Below, piece by piece: positions 19,021 through 29,105 of a stretch of 64,000 bases of DNA (position 1 is the stretch's first letter; the number at the start of each line of letters is the position of its first letter). The stretch is from positions 1,082,826 through 1,146,825 of the forward strand of contig CAWAYG010000005.1 of the NCBI GenBank assembly GCA_963786205.1, read 5' to 3'. Position numbers and translations under genes: made by a program. The notes beneath the pieces are model-generated. The model had not been told where the DNA came from and did not search any database. It worked only from the letters and a program-made list of their open reading frames with translations. Source of the DNA: an uncultured Acidobacteriota bacterium. Its GTDB lineage: Bacteria > Acidobacteriota > Terriglobia > Acidiferrales > UBA7541.

Positions 19021-20021
19021 TTGGCGATGATTCCACTGTGGCGTTTCAATTTGCTACTTGCAGGTACATCCGCGCCAAAAACCTGCGCGCCCACGACAGT
19101 GGCATTGAAATTGCCCGCACTGCCACGATGTCGGCAGATTTATCTAGCGCCACTTGCCGGATGTCGCTACACCCGGATTTCACGCTCGGAGGCTCTTGCT
19201 ATGGCCGATAAATGAATAATCGTTAATGGCGCCAAGGGCGGCGTCGCAACCACCACCGTCGCCGTCAAGCTGACGGTGCAATTGGGCCATCGTACTGGCA
19301 AGCGCATAGCGCGCTGCTCGAATTCGCGCGCCCCTTCGGCCAGATCAGCCTAATGCTCGACTTCAGCCCCCGCTTCACTCTGCTGGACGCCCTCGAACGA
19401 GTGAATCGCCTCGACGTGGCCCTCCTCGCCAGTATGCTCACCCGCCACAAGTCCGGCATTGAGATCCTCACAGGAAACCCGCACGCGGCGCTGCGCGCCG
19501 AACAGCGGCAGTCCATCACCATCGAGGCTTTGCTGCGGGTTCTAGCATTGGCATGTGAAGCATTCGACATGGTAGTCGTGGATCTCGGTTACGTAAACGC
19601 CGCCGAGTGGGCCGCTATCCTGAAAATGGCAGATACTCCCTTACTGATCACCGAGCCCACCGAGCTCGCCATGGGCATGCTCAATCGCGATCTCGATGCC
19701 GTTGATTCCAGCGGCATTGATCGCACTCATTTTCAGATTGTGATTAATCGCGCGCTCTGCAGCGAGGAAGACTCCGCCGCCTCATCGGACAAGACCCCAA
19801 AACCAACGTTCTTTGCGCGCCTGCCCAGCGATTTCCGTCAAGTCAGCGAAGCGGTAACTCTGGGAATCCCGCTCCTCACCAGTGCCAAAACTGCGCTCGT
19901 CGGCCGCTACCGCGCTATGGCCGCGCGCCTGCTCGCGCAGCCACCCAAAAACGAAATTGTCAGCGCCGATTCTCCCGCCGGCTCTCGCGCCAACCACACC
20001 GTCGCCGTTGCAGCAAAATAG
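19021..20021 (+). pseudogene. CpaE/TadZ-like (ParA/MinD-type) pilus assembly ATPase remnant
   Basis: An in-frame TGA at 19213-19215 is followed by the P-loop segment IIVNGAKGGVATTTVAV. The frame changes inside GCGCGC at 19309-19314 (GKRIA / LLEFARPFGQISLMLDF). The C-terminal 222 aa (19353-20021) are intact and CpaE-like (MVVVDLGYV ... LLITEPTELA). No other tad/cpa genes are nearby. Confidence 0.6.
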
Positions 20022-20199
20022 CCGCCCGTTTGGCGGACTTCGCGCACTCCGCGCCTGGGTCTTGGTATTTGATTTTCTCTGCGAACTCCGCCTGTCCTCT
20101 GTGACCTCGGTGTTAAATCTTTTGAATTTCTCTCCCAACTTCAACCGCCCGACCCTCCATGCTAAAGTGGCAAAGCCAATACCGACAGCGGGAGGGGAA

Positions 20200-21666
20200 G
20201 TGGCGCACCGAGATCTCCGCGATTTCATCCACAAACTGGAAAAGCAAAACGAGCTAGGCCGCATTCAGCTCGAGGTAGACCCCATCCTGGAAATCACAGA
20301 AATTTCCGACCGCACCGTAAAAGCGCAAGGCCCCGCGCTACTCTTCGAACGCCCCAAAGGCTCGCGCATTCCGGTAGTCACCAATCTTGTCGGCACCGAG
20401 CGCCGTATGTGCCTGGCCCTTGAAGTTGACTCCCTCGAAGAAGTCGCCGCCCGCATCAGCTCCTTCCTCGACCTCCAATCACCCCAAGGCATCCTGGAAA
20501 AAGTGAAGATGCTCCCGAAGCTCGCCGAGATCGGCTCCTTTTTTCCAAAGTCCGTTCGCAGCGGCGCCTGCCAGGAAGTCGTCCTAACCGATAATTTCTC
20601 GCTCGACGCGTTTCCAATCCTGAAATGTTGGCCCCTGGACGGCGGCCGCTACATCACCTGGCCAATGGTAATCACCAAGAATCCGGAAAACGGAAAACGC
20701 AATGTCGGCTGTTACCGCATGCAGGTCTACGACTCCCGCACCACCGGCATGCACTGGCAGACGCAAAAGCACGGCGCCGATCACTACCGCAGCAGCCGCG
20801 CGAAAAATCCCACTGGCAAGCTGGAAGTCGCCGTCGCGATCGGCGCCGACCCCGCCACCGCTCTCGCCGGCATCCTCCCCGTTCCGCCCGACATGGACGA
20901 ATTCATGTTCTCCGGCTTCCTACGCAAAGACCCGGTAAATCTGGTCGCGTGCAAAACCGTGGACCTCGAAGTCCCGGCCAACGCCGAAATCGTCCTCGAA
21001 GGCTACGTCGAAATCGGCGAGATGCGCACCGAAGGCCCCTTCGGTGACCACACCGGCTTCTACTCGCTCGAAGGCCAGTTTCCCGTATTCCACGTGCAGT
21101 GCATCACGCACCGCAAAGACCCGCTGTATCTCACCACCATCGTCGGCCCGCCTCCGCAGGAAGACTATTTTATGGGCCACGCCATCGAGCGCGTGTTCAT
21201 GCCCGTGATCAAAATGCAGTATCCGGAAATTGTGGACGTCGCCATGCCCGCTGAAGGTATTTTTCAAAATCTGATGATCGTTTCCATCCGCAAAAGCTAC
21301 CCTGGCCAAGCGCGCAAAATCATGAATGCGATCTGGTCGCTCGGTCAGGCGATGTTCACCAAGGTAGTCGTCGTCGTTGATCACGACGTGGACGTGCAGA
21401 ACTCCAGTGAGGTCGTCTGGAAAGCGCTCTGCGCCATCGATCCCGAGCGCGATATCCAGTTCGTTCTCGGTCCGCTGGACACTCTGGACCACGCCGCGCG
21501 CCGCCAGGATTTCGGCTCCAAGATGGGTGTGGACGCCACGCGCAAATGGCCCGAAGAAGGTTTCTCCGGCCGCTGGCCCGACGAAATAAAAATGGACCAA
21601 GCCACAAAAAAGCGCGTGGACGCAATATGGCACCAAATTAAGCTGACGCCCACGAACAAAAAGTAA
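20200..21666 (+). CDS. UbiD family decarboxylase
   Basis: A GTG at 20200 lies 4 nt after GGGAGGGG and gives MAHRDLRDFIHKLEKQNELGRI, a typical UbiD N-terminus. Conserved stretches include RNVGCYRMQV and EGPFGDHTGFY. The ORF-track start at 19882 overlaps the cpaE remnant and is rejected. Confidence 0.85.
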   Translation: MAHRDLRDFIHKLEKQNELGRIQLEVDPILEITEISDRTVKAQGPALLFERPKGSRIPVVTNLVGTERRMCLALEVDSLEEVAARISSFLDLQSPQGILEKVKMLPKLAEIGSFFPKSVRSGACQEVVLTDNFSLDAFPILKCWPLDGGRYITWPMVITKNPENGKRNVGCYRMQVYDSRTTGMHWQTQKHGADHYRSSRAKNPTGKLEVAVAIGADPATALAGILPVPPDMDEFMFSGFLRKDPVNLVACKTVDLEVPANAEIVLEGYVEIGEMRTEGPFGDHTGFYSLEGQFPVFHVQCITHRKDPLYLTTIVGPPPQEDYFMGHAIERVFMPVIKMQYPEIVDVAMPAEGIFQNLMIVSIRKSYPGQARKIMNAIWSLGQAMFTKVVVVVDHDVDVQNSSEVVWKALCAIDPERDIQFVLGPLDTLDHAARRQDFGSKMGVDATRKWPEEGFSGRWPDEIKMDQATKKRVDAIWHQIKLTPTNKK

Positions 21667-21671
21667 ACCTC

Positions 21672-21699
21672 AGGCGAACCCCCAAAGTGTTCGCCTTTT
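21672..21699 (+). terminator. rho-independent terminator candidate after the UbiD-family gene
   Basis: The stem AGGCGAAC (21672-21679) pairs with GTTCGCCT (21689-21696) across a 9-nt loop and is followed by TTT. Confidence 0.55.
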
Positions 21700-21823
21700 C
21701 GGCCCTTTCCCGCAATGTTTCAGGCCTTTAGCGCCACCCCACCTGTCCTTTTTACCTGTCCTTTTCGCCTACCTGTACTTCCGGACTGTGTTTAACCAAT
21801 AGCACACCATCGGAACACGTTGC

Positions 21824-21851
21824 TTGACACTCTGTGCTGCGGATGTAATAA
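21824..21851 (+). promoter_or_regulatory. candidate sigma70-type promoter for the pilMNOPQ operon
   Basis: TTGACA (21824-21829), a 16-nt spacer, then TAATAA (21846-21851) preceded by TG. This would give a leader of about 190 nt before pilM. Confidence 0.3.
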
Positions 21852-22041
21852 ACGGAGAAAGAGGAAAGGTACCGGGCGTAGCAGTACTGACGGTCCTCTC
21901 CAGTCTCAGCGCCGTTGCCGGGGTGATGTGGCGAAGCAGTGAGCAGGTTTTGGGGATTTTTTCCAAGAAAATTTTTACGCACCAGATGATGCCGTGCCCG
22001 TCCTGCGAAGCGGGATGGGGTGAGGAGTGAGGGGCCGCGCG

Positions 22042-23094
22042 ATGTTCAATCTGGGTAAAACGAAATCTTTGATCGGCCTGGACATCGGCTCGAGTTCTGT
22101 CAAGGCAGTCGAGCTGAAGAAAACGAAGTCCGGCTACGAGCTGGTCAGTTACGGCATCGAAACCCTCGCCCAGGATACCGTCGTGGACGGCGCCATCATG
22201 GACGCTCCTTCGGTCGCCGAGAAGATCATCTCGATCTTCGACACTCAAAAAATAAAGACGAAAGATGTGGCCACTTCTGTGTCAGGCCACTCCGTGATCG
22301 TCAAGCGCGTCAGCATGCCGCTGATGACGGAAGACGAACTCTTCGATCGCGTTCAGGCAGAAGCCAGCCAGCACATTCCTTTCGACATCGCCGACGTGAA
22401 CCTCAGCCATCAGTTGCTCGAGGCCACCGAGAATCAGATGGACGTGCTGCTGGTCGCCGTCAAGAAAGACAAGATTCTGAACCACACCAACGTGCTGGCC
22501 CAAGCGGGGAAGGCGCCGGTGGTCGTGGACATCGACGCCTTCGCCCTGCAGAACTGCTTCGAGGTCAATTACGAACCCGATCCTTCGCAAGTGGTCGCGT
22601 TGCTCAACGTCGGCGCCAGCGTCATGAACATCAACATCGTTCGCGGCTGGACCCCATTGTTCACCCGCGACGTTTCCGTCGGCGGCAATCAGTACACCGA
22701 CGCGTTGCAGAAGGAACTGGACCTGAGTTTCGAAGACGCCGAAAAATTGAAACAGGGCGGCACTCTCGCCGGCGTCAACGAAGAGCAGCGCACTGCCATT
22801 TTGCGCTCCGTCTCCGACATCTTGATCCTGGAAATTCAGAAGACCTTCGACTTCTTCCGCGCGACTGCCAGCGGTGAAAATATCCGCCGCATTTACGTCG
22901 CCGGCGGCACGGCTCGCGTTCCCGGCTTGCTGGACCTGCTCAAAGAGGAATTTGCCATGCCGGTCGAGGAGCTCTATCCGTTCCGTAAAATCGCAATCAA
23001 TCCTGGGCGTCACGATGAAACCCAGATCCGTGAGTTGGCGCCGCGCCTGGCGATCGCTGTGGGCCTGGCGCTGAGGAGCTTCGACACGCCATGA
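22042..23094 (+). CDS. pilM: type IV pilus assembly protein PilM
   Basis: MFNLGKTKSLIGLDIGSSSVKAVEL is an actin-like ATPase N-terminus typical of PilM. It is the first gene of a pilMNOPQ array. Confidence 0.9.
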   Translation: MFNLGKTKSLIGLDIGSSSVKAVELKKTKSGYELVSYGIETLAQDTVVDGAIMDAPSVAEKIISIFDTQKIKTKDVATSVSGHSVIVKRVSMPLMTEDELFDRVQAEASQHIPFDIADVNLSHQLLEATENQMDVLLVAVKKDKILNHTNVLAQAGKAPVVVDIDAFALQNCFEVNYEPDPSQVVALLNVGASVMNINIVRGWTPLFTRDVSVGGNQYTDALQKELDLSFEDAEKLKQGGTLAGVNEEQRTAILRSVSDILILEIQKTFDFFRATASGENIRRIYVAGGTARVPGLLDLLKEEFAMPVEELYPFRKIAINPGRHDETQIRELAPRLAIAVGLALRSFDTP

Positions 23095-23744
23095 TCCGCA
23101 TTAACTTACTGGGCCAGATACGTCCCAAGGCCACCAAGCAATCCGTGCCGCTGGAGTCTACACTCCAGATTTTGCTCGGCGTCGCCGCTGTGGCCATCGC
23201 GCTCATCGTGCTCTCCGTCACTTACTATTCGCAGAAGCACCAGCTCGACGACACCAACGCGCGCATCGCCTCTCTCAAGGCCGAAAAGGCCAACTTGCAG
23301 CAGATCAAGCAGGACGTTGACCGTTTCGAAGCGCAGAAGGCCGCCCTGCAGACACAGATTGGCGTCATCGAAACCTTGCAGAAAAATCGTACCGGTGCTC
23401 AAGAGTTGCTCCAGATGGTCGCCAACACAGTCGTGCGCGTCGATCAGCTCTGGCTCACCTCACTGGACCGCACCGGCGACACTCTGCATATCGCTGGCGA
23501 GGCTGGCAGCGTCAACTCCGTCGCTAACTTCATTACGCAGATGAAACGCTCCGGCTATTTCGACAAGATCGAGATCGAGGAAGCGAAAGAGGACGATGTG
23601 GCTAAGTCCGTCACCACTTACGGCTTTACCATGTCGGCCGCTGTCGCCCAGGCGGCGCCCGCTACGGGTCAGCCCCAGGCGAAGCCCGCTTCTGGAACCA
23701 GCACCACCACGCCCCCGCAGCCCGCGGCTAAGGGGAGGAGTTAG
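23091..23744 (+). CDS. pilN: type IV pilus assembly protein PilN
   Basis: The MIRINLLG start is typical of PilN. One TM helix and a coiled-coil follow. ATGA overlap with pilM. Confidence 0.85.
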   Translation: MIRINLLGQIRPKATKQSVPLESTLQILLGVAAVAIALIVLSVTYYSQKHQLDDTNARIASLKAEKANLQQIKQDVDRFEAQKAALQTQIGVIETLQKNRTGAQELLQMVANTVVRVDQLWLTSLDRTGDTLHIAGEAGSVNSVANFITQMKRSGYFDKIEIEEAKEDDVAKSVTTYGFTMSAAVAQAAPATGQPQAKPASGTSTTTPPQPAAKGRS

Positions 23745-23746
23745 CG

Positions 23747-24382
23747 ATGGCTACCGCTTTTCGAGATTGGCCCTGGCCACTTCAGGCTCTGTTCTTCCTG
23801 GGGCTCGCCGTTATCTTGATCGCCGCAGGTTTCTACATGCCCGGTTCTCCGGTCGCCAGCGTCCGCACCGAGCTGGAAGCCGCTCAGCAGGAAGAAAAGC
23901 CGCTGGAAGCGGATGTTGCCAGCCTGCGGGTTTACAAACAGCGCCGTGCCGAGCTGCAATCCGAAATGGATGCGCTTTCCAAGCAGCTCGCCACTCTGCA
24001 AACCATCGTTCCGGAAGACAAGAAGGTGGACGAATTCATCCTCATGGTCCAAAGCGCGGCCGCCAGCTCCGGTGTCTCCATTCGCCACCTCAAGGCGTTG
24101 CCCGTCGCCCCGAAGCAGTTCTACTTCGAGGTGCCATTTGAAATTGACTGCGACGGACCCTATTTCGCCGTGCTGGATTTCTTTGCCAAGCTCGGCAGGC
24201 TCTCGCGCATCATCAACGTCGGCGATATGAAGCTCACCAGCGCGGCCTCGAAAGCGGGCACCACTTATCGCATGACTCCCGGCACTTCCGTTGCCGGCGT
24301 CTTGACCGTTACCACTTTCTTTTCGAAGCCGGCAGACGCTTCGGCTCCCTCGACGGCAACGCCTGCGTCGGCAAAGCGATAG
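23747..24382 (+). CDS. pilO: type IV pilus assembly protein PilO
   Basis: 211 aa with one TM helix, a coiled-coil, then a ferredoxin-like C-terminal part. Position between pilN and pilP. Confidence 0.8.
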   Translation: MATAFRDWPWPLQALFFLGLAVILIAAGFYMPGSPVASVRTELEAAQQEEKPLEADVASLRVYKQRRAELQSEMDALSKQLATLQTIVPEDKKVDEFILMVQSAAASSGVSIRHLKALPVAPKQFYFEVPFEIDCDGPYFAVLDFFAKLGRLSRIINVGDMKLTSAASKAGTTYRMTPGTSVAGVLTVTTFFSKPADASAPSTATPASAKR

Positions 24383-24389
24383 GACGACA

Positions 24390-24923
24390 ATGATGAGACT
24401 GCCAAAGGCATTCAACATACTCCTTACCGCGCTGGCACTGTCCGTTTGCCTCGTCCCCGTAACCTGGGCTCAGGGGCAGGCTCAGACGCAGCAAGCCAGC
24501 CCGGCGAAAAAATCCGCGCACAAAGCGAAAGCGGCGGCACCGAAGGCCGCTCCGGAGGCTAACGCCGCGGCACCCAATCCGGCCGTAGTCAAAGTGGCCG
24601 AGCGCGATCCTTTCGTCCCGCTGGTCAATGAACACAAACCCGGCGGCGGCCCACCGCTTCCTCCAGGCAAAGCAGGCCTGGTGGTCGCTACCATCCGCGT
24701 GGACGGCGCCGTGCGCTCGCCCAACGGCATGTTCGCGGTCGTCACCAATCCCGATCAGCGCGTTTATTTCCTTCGTGAAGGCGACCAGCTCTACGACGGC
24801 GATGTGGAAAAGATTGGCCTGGACGGTGTCACGTTCAAGGAAGTTTCTAAAGATGCTTTCGGGAAATCAGTCGAAAAAATTGTTACGAAACGAATCTACC
24901 CGAGTGCAGGAGAGCAGCAATGA
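24390..24923 (+). CDS. pilP: type IV pilus assembly protein PilP-like
   Basis: 177 aa with a signal peptide, an Ala/Lys-rich linker, an RDPF motif and a C-terminal beta domain (VYFLREGDQLYDGDVEKIGLDGVTF). Position before pilQ. Confidence 0.7.
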   Translation: MMRLPKAFNILLTALALSVCLVPVTWAQGQAQTQQASPAKKSAHKAKAAAPKAAPEANAAAPNPAVVKVAERDPFVPLVNEHKPGGGPPLPPGKAGLVVATIRVDGAVRSPNGMFAVVTNPDQRVYFLREGDQLYDGDVEKIGLDGVTFKEVSKDAFGKSVEKIVTKRIYPSAGEQQ

Positions 24924-27379
24924 GGATTATGCGGAGGGCGTGGGGCCTGACTGCGTTCGTGGCGGCAGCCCTGATGTTGACGAATGGAGCTCTATCGGCC
25001 AGTGATGCGCCGGTGGTGCATGTAAAGGCCGTGGTGAAAGACGGCGCCGTGACCCTGGATGCTCAGGCCAACGGCCCCTTCGAGTACACCACGTACCGCC
25101 CCAGCGAGAGCCTCTATGTGCTCGACCTGTCCGGCGTCTCGGCCGGCGACACTTCCGGCGCGCGCGTGGTGCCCTCGGAGCTCGTCAAGAGCTACCGCCT
25201 CACCACTTACTCCGCGGGTCAAAAGCCCGTGGTGCGCTTGGAGATCCTGCTGCGGCCCGGCATTACTCCGCGCCTCGCGCGCAATGGCAATCAGGAGCTC
25301 ACGCTCTTCGTTTCCGCGAACGGTAACGCCGACGCTTCTGTCGAGCCCGTGGCGATCACGGCCGCGTCGGCAACGAAATCTGCAGAGGGCAAGCCCACTC
25401 CCGCAGCGTTGAAGCCCATCGCCGCGAAGCCTTCGGACACGAAGACCACCGCTTCCGACTTTCAAAACATCGAACAGGTGAACCTCGCGCAGGTTGGCGC
25501 GCAAACCGAAGTCAACGTGGTCGGCAACGCCAAGCTCACCTATCACGTCAGCCGCCTGCACAATCCCGATCGCATCGTGCTCGATTTTTCCGGCGCGCAC
25601 CTGAAGACCACCGAAAAGCAAATCGCCAGCAATCTCGATCCCGTGAAGGAAATTCGCCTCGCTCAATTCACGCCGCAGGTTTCGCGCATTGTAATTGATC
25701 TGCGCACGCCCGCCCGCTACAACGTGAATGCTTCCGGCAACGCCGTCACTGTCGCTTTCCGCGCCGATGCCCCGACGCCTGCTTCCGGCGGCGCCAGTAA
25801 CTCCGCTCCGGCCGCGAACAGCGAACCTTCCGACGTCACCACTACCAAGGCAATCAGCGCCCCCGTAGTTCCGACGGCCGCTCCGGAAGATATTCCGGCG
25901 CCCGCGGCTACTCTCCCCACGGCCTTGACGCAGACCTCCGCCGCCCTCGCCGTGCCGGTTGCGCCCGTACACCAGCCCGAACCCGCCGCTGCCAAACCGC
26001 TCGCCGTGAACACGGGCTACACTGAAATCAGTGATAGCAACGCGGCCCCCACGCCAGCCGCTCCGGCGTCGTCTCCCGCAACTGCCGCCGCGGCGCAGCA
26101 GGCGCCCACACCCGCTCCCGCCGGGCACTATTCCGGTGAACCGATTTCCGTTAACTTGAAAGATGTTGACCTGCGCGATTTCTTCCGCCTCATTCACGAA
26201 ATCAGCGGCCTCAACGTCGTCGTGGACCCCGCCGTAAAGGGCAGCCTCACGATCGTTCTCGATGATGTACCGTGGGATCAAGCCCTGGACATCGTTCTCA
26301 AGAACAACGATCTCGATAAACAGCTCGACGGCAACGTTCTGCGCATCGCCACCAAGGAAACCCTGAAGCGCGAAGCCGAACAGAACCGGGATCTCGCCAA
26401 GGCGCAGGCCGAGTCAGCAGACGTGGTCACCACCACGCGCGTCCTCAGCTACGCCAAGGCCGCGGACATGGTCCCCACGCTGAAGAAGTTCCTGTCTTCG
26501 CGCGGCGATATCCTGGCCGATAGCCGCTCCAACACCTTGATCATCCGCGACATTCCCACAGTTCTGCCGGTGCTCGATAACCTCCTGCGCCAGCTCGACC
26601 GCAAATCGCAACAGGTCGAAATCGAAGCGCGCGTCGTCGCCGCCAACCGTTCGTTCTCTCGTGAAATCGGCACTCAGTTCGGTCTAGGACTCGGCGCGCA
26701 CGGCAGCACCATCGGTGGTGCGACCGCTGTCGGGACCAGCACGGTCATCAACACTCCGGCTCCGCCCTTGGCGGTAGGCACTCCGCCGCTCACGTCCGGT
26801 TCCGTCCCGCTGCTTACCAACCTGGGCGCGGCCACTCCGACCAGCGGCTTTACCTACTCGTTCGCGAACGCCAATTTCGCGCTCGATATGGTCATCACCG
26901 CGGCGGAAGATCGCGGCGTCGGCAAACTCATTTCCAAGCCGAAGATCGTCGCGCAGAACAACCAGAAATCAATCGTGAAGCAAGGTACCAAGATTCCGGT
27001 GCAGACCATCGTGAACAACACCGTCTCGGTCCAATTCGTGGACGCGGTGCTGGAGCTTGACGTCACCCCTCAGATCACCTCGGAGGGAACCATCTACATG
27101 GACGTGGACGTCAAGAACGACCAGATCGACTCTTCCATCCCGCGCGTCCAGGGCATTCCGGCCATTGACACGCAGGAAGCCACTTCCAAAGTCCTGGTCG
27201 CGGATGGCGCCACCATGGTCATCGGTGGTGTGATCGTCACCCAGCAGCGCACCGACATTCAAACCGTTCCGATACTCGGCAGCTTGCCCGTCATCGGCAA
27301 CCTGTTCAAGCACACAACGGTCAGCTCCACGGCCCAGGAACTCCTCTTCTTCCTAACCCCGCGCATTCTGCCGGGATAG
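24920..27379 (+). CDS. pilQ: type IV pilus secretin PilQ
   Basis: 819 aa with a signal peptide, two AMIN-like repeats, an Ala/Pro-rich linker and N0/N1 domains. The secretin C-terminus is present (GKLISKPKIVAQNNQKSIVKQGTKIPVQT ... VPILGSLPVIGNLFKH). Confidence 0.9.
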   Translation: MRIMRRAWGLTAFVAAALMLTNGALSASDAPVVHVKAVVKDGAVTLDAQANGPFEYTTYRPSESLYVLDLSGVSAGDTSGARVVPSELVKSYRLTTYSAGQKPVVRLEILLRPGITPRLARNGNQELTLFVSANGNADASVEPVAITAASATKSAEGKPTPAALKPIAAKPSDTKTTASDFQNIEQVNLAQVGAQTEVNVVGNAKLTYHVSRLHNPDRIVLDFSGAHLKTTEKQIASNLDPVKEIRLAQFTPQVSRIVIDLRTPARYNVNASGNAVTVAFRADAPTPASGGASNSAPAANSEPSDVTTTKAISAPVVPTAAPEDIPAPAATLPTALTQTSAALAVPVAPVHQPEPAAAKPLAVNTGYTEISDSNAAPTPAAPASSPATAAAAQQAPTPAPAGHYSGEPISVNLKDVDLRDFFRLIHEISGLNVVVDPAVKGSLTIVLDDVPWDQALDIVLKNNDLDKQLDGNVLRIATKETLKREAEQNRDLAKAQAESADVVTTTRVLSYAKAADMVPTLKKFLSSRGDILADSRSNTLIIRDIPTVLPVLDNLLRQLDRKSQQVEIEARVVAANRSFSREIGTQFGLGLGAHGSTIGGATAVGTSTVINTPAPPLAVGTPPLTSGSVPLLTNLGAATPTSGFTYSFANANFALDMVITAAEDRGVGKLISKPKIVAQNNQKSIVKQGTKIPVQTIVNNTVSVQFVDAVLELDVTPQITSEGTIYMDVDVKNDQIDSSIPRVQGIPAIDTQEATSKVLVADGATMVIGGVIVTQQRTDIQTVPILGSLPVIGNLFKHTTVSSTAQELLFFLTPRILPG

Positions 27380-27414
27380 TCGCAGTAGGCAAGAGAGAGG
27401 TTCGCAGGTAGGAC

Positions 27415-28518
27415 GTGGCCCAAAAAACTGTGCACGCGAAATCAGCCCGGAGCCGGATCCATCGGCTCCGGCTTTCTTTTTCCGCTCTCAATTCCGACGC
27501 GCTGCTCGTCACCCATCTTCCCAACGTCCGTTACCTCTGCGGCTTCACCGGCAGCGCCGGAATCCTGTTAGTCGATCACTCGCGCGCCGCTCTGTTCACC
27601 GACAGCCGCTACACCCTGCAAGCTCGCCAGGAAGTTTACGACGCCACGACGGTCATCGCGCCGCACGGCTTGGTTCGCGCCGTGGGAGAAGCCCTGAAAG
27701 CCCGCCGCGGTACCATCCGCCTCGCCTTTGCGCCGGCGCAGCTCACTGTCGCCCAGAAAACCGCGTTCCAGCTCGCCGCAGGCGCGCGCTTGCGCTGGCT
27801 CGCCGCGCCAGACCTGATCGAACGTCTGCGCGCAGTAAAGGACGCAGACGAGCTCTCCCGCATGCGCCAAGCCGCGCGCCTTGTCAGTGACGTCTGGACC
27901 GCCGCAGTGCGCAACGTCAGGCCCGGAGTCTCCGAACGAGCCGTCGCTGCCGATATCGAACGCTCCATGAAACTCCAGGGAGCCAGTGGCCCCTCCTTCG
28001 AATCCATCGTAGCCTCAGGACCGCGCTCCGCCTGGCCCCACGCCCGCCCCACGCCCAAGCTCCTCAGGAAAAACGAGTTGGTCGTCCTTGATCAGGGTGC
28101 TATACTGCGCGACTACTGTAGCGACATGACTCGTACCGTCTTCCTGGGACGGTCCACTAACAGAGTGCGTTCGCTTTACGACGCAGTTCTGCACGCCCAG
28201 GAAGTCGCGATATCCGCCATCCGGCCGGGAGTTTCGGCTGCATCCGTGGACGCTGCAGCGCGCAAAGTTTTCAAGCAATCGGGCCTGGAACGATACTTCA
28301 CTCACAGCACCGGGCATGGCTTGGGCCTCGAAATCCACGAGATGCCCCGGCTGGGCCGCGGAGAGGAAACCTTGCTCGAAGAGGGTATGGTCGTAACCGT
28401 CGAGCCGGGCGTCTATGTTGAACGCCTGGGCGGTATTCGAATCGAAGATGAAGTGCTGGTGACCGCGCAAGGCGCGGAAGTTTTGACCAGCGCTTCCCGG
28501 GAATTTCTAGAACTCTAA
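27415..28518 (+). CDS. M24 family Xaa-Pro aminopeptidase
   Basis: 367 aa, GTG start. Metal-ligand motifs are DQGAILRDYCSDMTRT, HSTGHGLGLEIHE and VEPGVY...GGIRIEDEV. Confidence 0.85.
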   Translation: MAQKTVHAKSARSRIHRLRLSFSALNSDALLVTHLPNVRYLCGFTGSAGILLVDHSRAALFTDSRYTLQARQEVYDATTVIAPHGLVRAVGEALKARRGTIRLAFAPAQLTVAQKTAFQLAAGARLRWLAAPDLIERLRAVKDADELSRMRQAARLVSDVWTAAVRNVRPGVSERAVAADIERSMKLQGASGPSFESIVASGPRSAWPHARPTPKLLRKNELVVLDQGAILRDYCSDMTRTVFLGRSTNRVRSLYDAVLHAQEVAISAIRPGVSAASVDAAARKVFKQSGLERYFTHSTGHGLGLEIHEMPRLGRGEETLLEEGMVVTVEPGVYVERLGGIRIEDEVLVTAQGAEVLTSASREFLEL

Positions 28519-29091
28519 ATGGCGAAAAAACAGACTCTCCAAGCATCATCCAGCTCGCCCGCTCACGGCGTGGACCTCCCCGAAATCGAAAAGCTACTGG
28601 AGTTCATGCGCAAGCATGGCCTCGAAGAATTCGAATACGAGCGCCAGGGCTTCCGCATCCGGCTGAAGAAGCCGTCTTCGCCCGCGTACGCCTTTTCGCC
28701 GGGCCAAGCTCCGGAAATTGTAGTAGCTTCCGCCGCGCCGCACGCGAGTCATGCGCCGTCCGCAGCGTCTGCCGCAGGCTCTGGCGCCGCGCCCGCCGCC
28801 GCACAGCGCGAATCGGCCGCAGACACCATGCGCGCCGAAGACCTCCACATCGTGAAGTCGCCGATCGTCGGCACGTTCTACGTGGCCGCCGGCCCCGACG
28901 CAGACCCGTTCGTCTCGATCGGCTCGAAAGTCGAAACCGGCCAGGTTCTCTGCATCATCGAAGCCATGAAATTAATGAACGAAATCGAATCCGACGCAGC
29001 CGGCGAAATCGTCCGCATCTTCGTCGAAAACGGTCATCCGGTGGAGTACGGCGAAGCCCTATTCGGCATCCGCCCCCACCGGAAGAAATAA
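28519..29091 (+). CDS. accB: acetyl-CoA carboxylase biotin carboxyl carrier protein
   Basis: 190 aa with an Ala/Pro-rich linker and the biotinylation motif CIIEAMKLMNEIE. Confidence 0.9.
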   Translation: MAKKQTLQASSSSPAHGVDLPEIEKLLEFMRKHGLEEFEYERQGFRIRLKKPSSPAYAFSPGQAPEIVVASAAPHASHAPSAASAAGSGAAPAAAQRESAADTMRAEDLHIVKSPIVGTFYVAAGPDADPFVSIGSKVETGQVLCIIEAMKLMNEIESDAAGEIVRIFVENGHPVEYGEALFGIRPHRKK

Positions 29092-29105
29092 TGGTTCGCG
29101 GCTGT

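Noticed and set aside
24992-26281. 429-aa minus-strand ORF
   Set aside because: It is antisense to pilQ (the AMIN and linker region), Gly/Arg-rich, with no motifs.
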